From NCBI GenBank assembly GCA_963749705.1, contig CAVVNQ010000006.1:128001-192000 (forward strand): a stretch of 64,000 nt of DNA, given 5' to 3'. The DNA is from an uncultured Chloroflexia bacterium (GTDB lineage: Bacteria > Chloroflexota > Limnocylindria > Limnocylindrales > CSP1-4). The notes beneath the pieces are model-generated. The model did not search any database, had not been told where the DNA came from, and saw nothing but the letters and a program-made list of their open reading frames with translations. The position numbers and the translations under genes were made by a program. How positions within the stretch are numbered: position 1 is the stretch's first letter; the number at the start of each line of letters is the position of its first letter. Below, in pieces: positions 62,641-64,000 of this stretch.

Positions 62641-64000
62641 ATGCGCACCGTGGATGTCTCGTTGAATGCGCCGGGGCAGGAAGCCACTGCCGGACGTCAG
62701 GAGGCGGCAACCAACCGCCTAAGAGAGGTGGCCGCGGAAATCTCCGCGCGCGCCCTCCAAGACATCCACACTCTCGAAGACATGCAACGTGCCCGTCCTG
62801 AACTGCGCCGTCAGTTGCTCGACATGTTGGGACTTGATCCATTGCCGGAGCGGACACCGATGCAGGTCAAGATCACCGGCACATTGGACCGGCCACTCTA
62901 CCGGATTGAGAAGATCGTCTTCCAGAGCCTGCCCGGCCTCTACGTGACCGGCAACTTCTATGTCCCCAGCGATGCGACTCAACCGTTGCCAACAATTCTG
63001 TATCTCTGCGGGCATAGACCGGATCCGCTGGGCGCCAAGGTTGGTTACCAGGACCGGGCGGCGTGGTTTGCCGCCCACGGTTTTGCCTGCCTAATTCTCG
63101 ACACGCTCGAATTCGGCGAAGTGGCTGGCATCCACCACGGACTGCATGATTTGAACATGTGGCACTGGCTCTCGCTGGGATACACGCCGGCGGGAACGGA
63201 AGTCTGGAACGCAATCCGGGCGCTGGATTACCTCGAGACGCGCCCGGAAGTGGATGCGGCCCGAATTGGACTGACCGGCATCTCCGGCGGCGGTGGGATT
63301 ACCTGGTACACGGCCGCGGTGGATGACCGGGTCGCTGCGGCGGCACCGGTGTGCTCGACGATCACGTTCGGTACTCAGGCGAAACACTGGCGCGCCTTCG
63401 GGCAATGTGACTGCATCTACTATCACAACACCTATCAAATGGATTTCCCGGTGGTCGGCGCACTGATCGCGCCGCGGCCCCTGCTGATCCTGAGCGGCCG
63501 CCAGGACCCGGACTTCCCGCCCGACGGTTACCACGAAGTCTTCCGGCGGGCGAAGCGAGTCTTTGATCTGCAGGCCGGTGGAGATTCGGATCGCATCCGT
63601 GAAGTGGACGATGAGGTGGGCCACACCGACGCGCCGTTGTTCCTGCGGGAAGCGAGACAGTGGATGTGGCGCTGGTTGAAAGAGCGGCGGGGAACCCTTC
63701 CCGGAGGACGAGTTCGTGGCGCCTCGTGAAGAGTCGACGGATCTGGCGTGCCTGACCGAGCTGCCGTCCGACGCGATCAACTACAGCATTCACAATCAGC
63801 TCATCCCGCACGTGGAACCCACGATACCCAAATCACTGGCGTCGTGGCAGGTGCGTCGTGGCGAGCTCGTCGAGCAGCTGAAGGGAAGAGTCTTTCGCTG
63901 GTTTCGGTGGGAGCCCGTTCCATTTGCGACCGAGGCCTCCGACAACGGCGCCGGTTGGACGACCAGTTACGCCGACTACGAGGAAGTGACATTTCAAACG
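62641..64000 (+). CDS. acetylxylan esterase-like alpha/beta hydrolase; frameshift near 63690, runs off the window end
   Basis: IEKI.FQS.PG.YVT.N.Y.P, LYLCGH, RA.DYL..RPEVD..RIG.TG.SGGG, LIAPRPLL; shifted frame stays open to 64000. Confidence 0.8.

Overview
High-GC bacterial DNA; the gene repertoire suggests Chloroflexota, possibly Limnocylindria (inference). Bases 1-45 kb are core-like. They carry a branched-chain/pyruvate 2-oxoacid dehydrogenase with lpdA, plsY, glpD-glpK, nnrE, a DUF1326-DUF2182-TetR-hydrolase-glycosyltransferase operon, mutY, a complete coproporphyrin-dependent heme cluster (regulator-hemA-hemC/D-hemB-hemL-hemE-hemH-radical SAM-hemY, with divergent chdC), ABC transporters, a TPP-riboswitch thiYX unit, an OmpR-type two-component system, metY-metX and tRNA-Gln(CTG). 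From about 45.1 kb a mosaic island begins, with two convergent paralogous tyrosine recombinases, an AAA ATPase, IS256/IS1380/IS21/IS30/IS3 remnants and lower-GC sugar-acid catabolic genes. About 12 genes carry apparent frameshifts, most likely consensus errors, and these create false fusions in the ORF track. The best leads are: a Met-Cys-Met leader-peptide attenuator before metY; an HTH plus globin-like regulator with 9-bp direct repeats heading the heme operon; tandem NrdR-like boxes before a recombinase pair; a relic actinobacterial ferrochelatase start after chdC; and a possible non-phosphorylative amino-sugar pathway. All calls were made by eye with no database searches.
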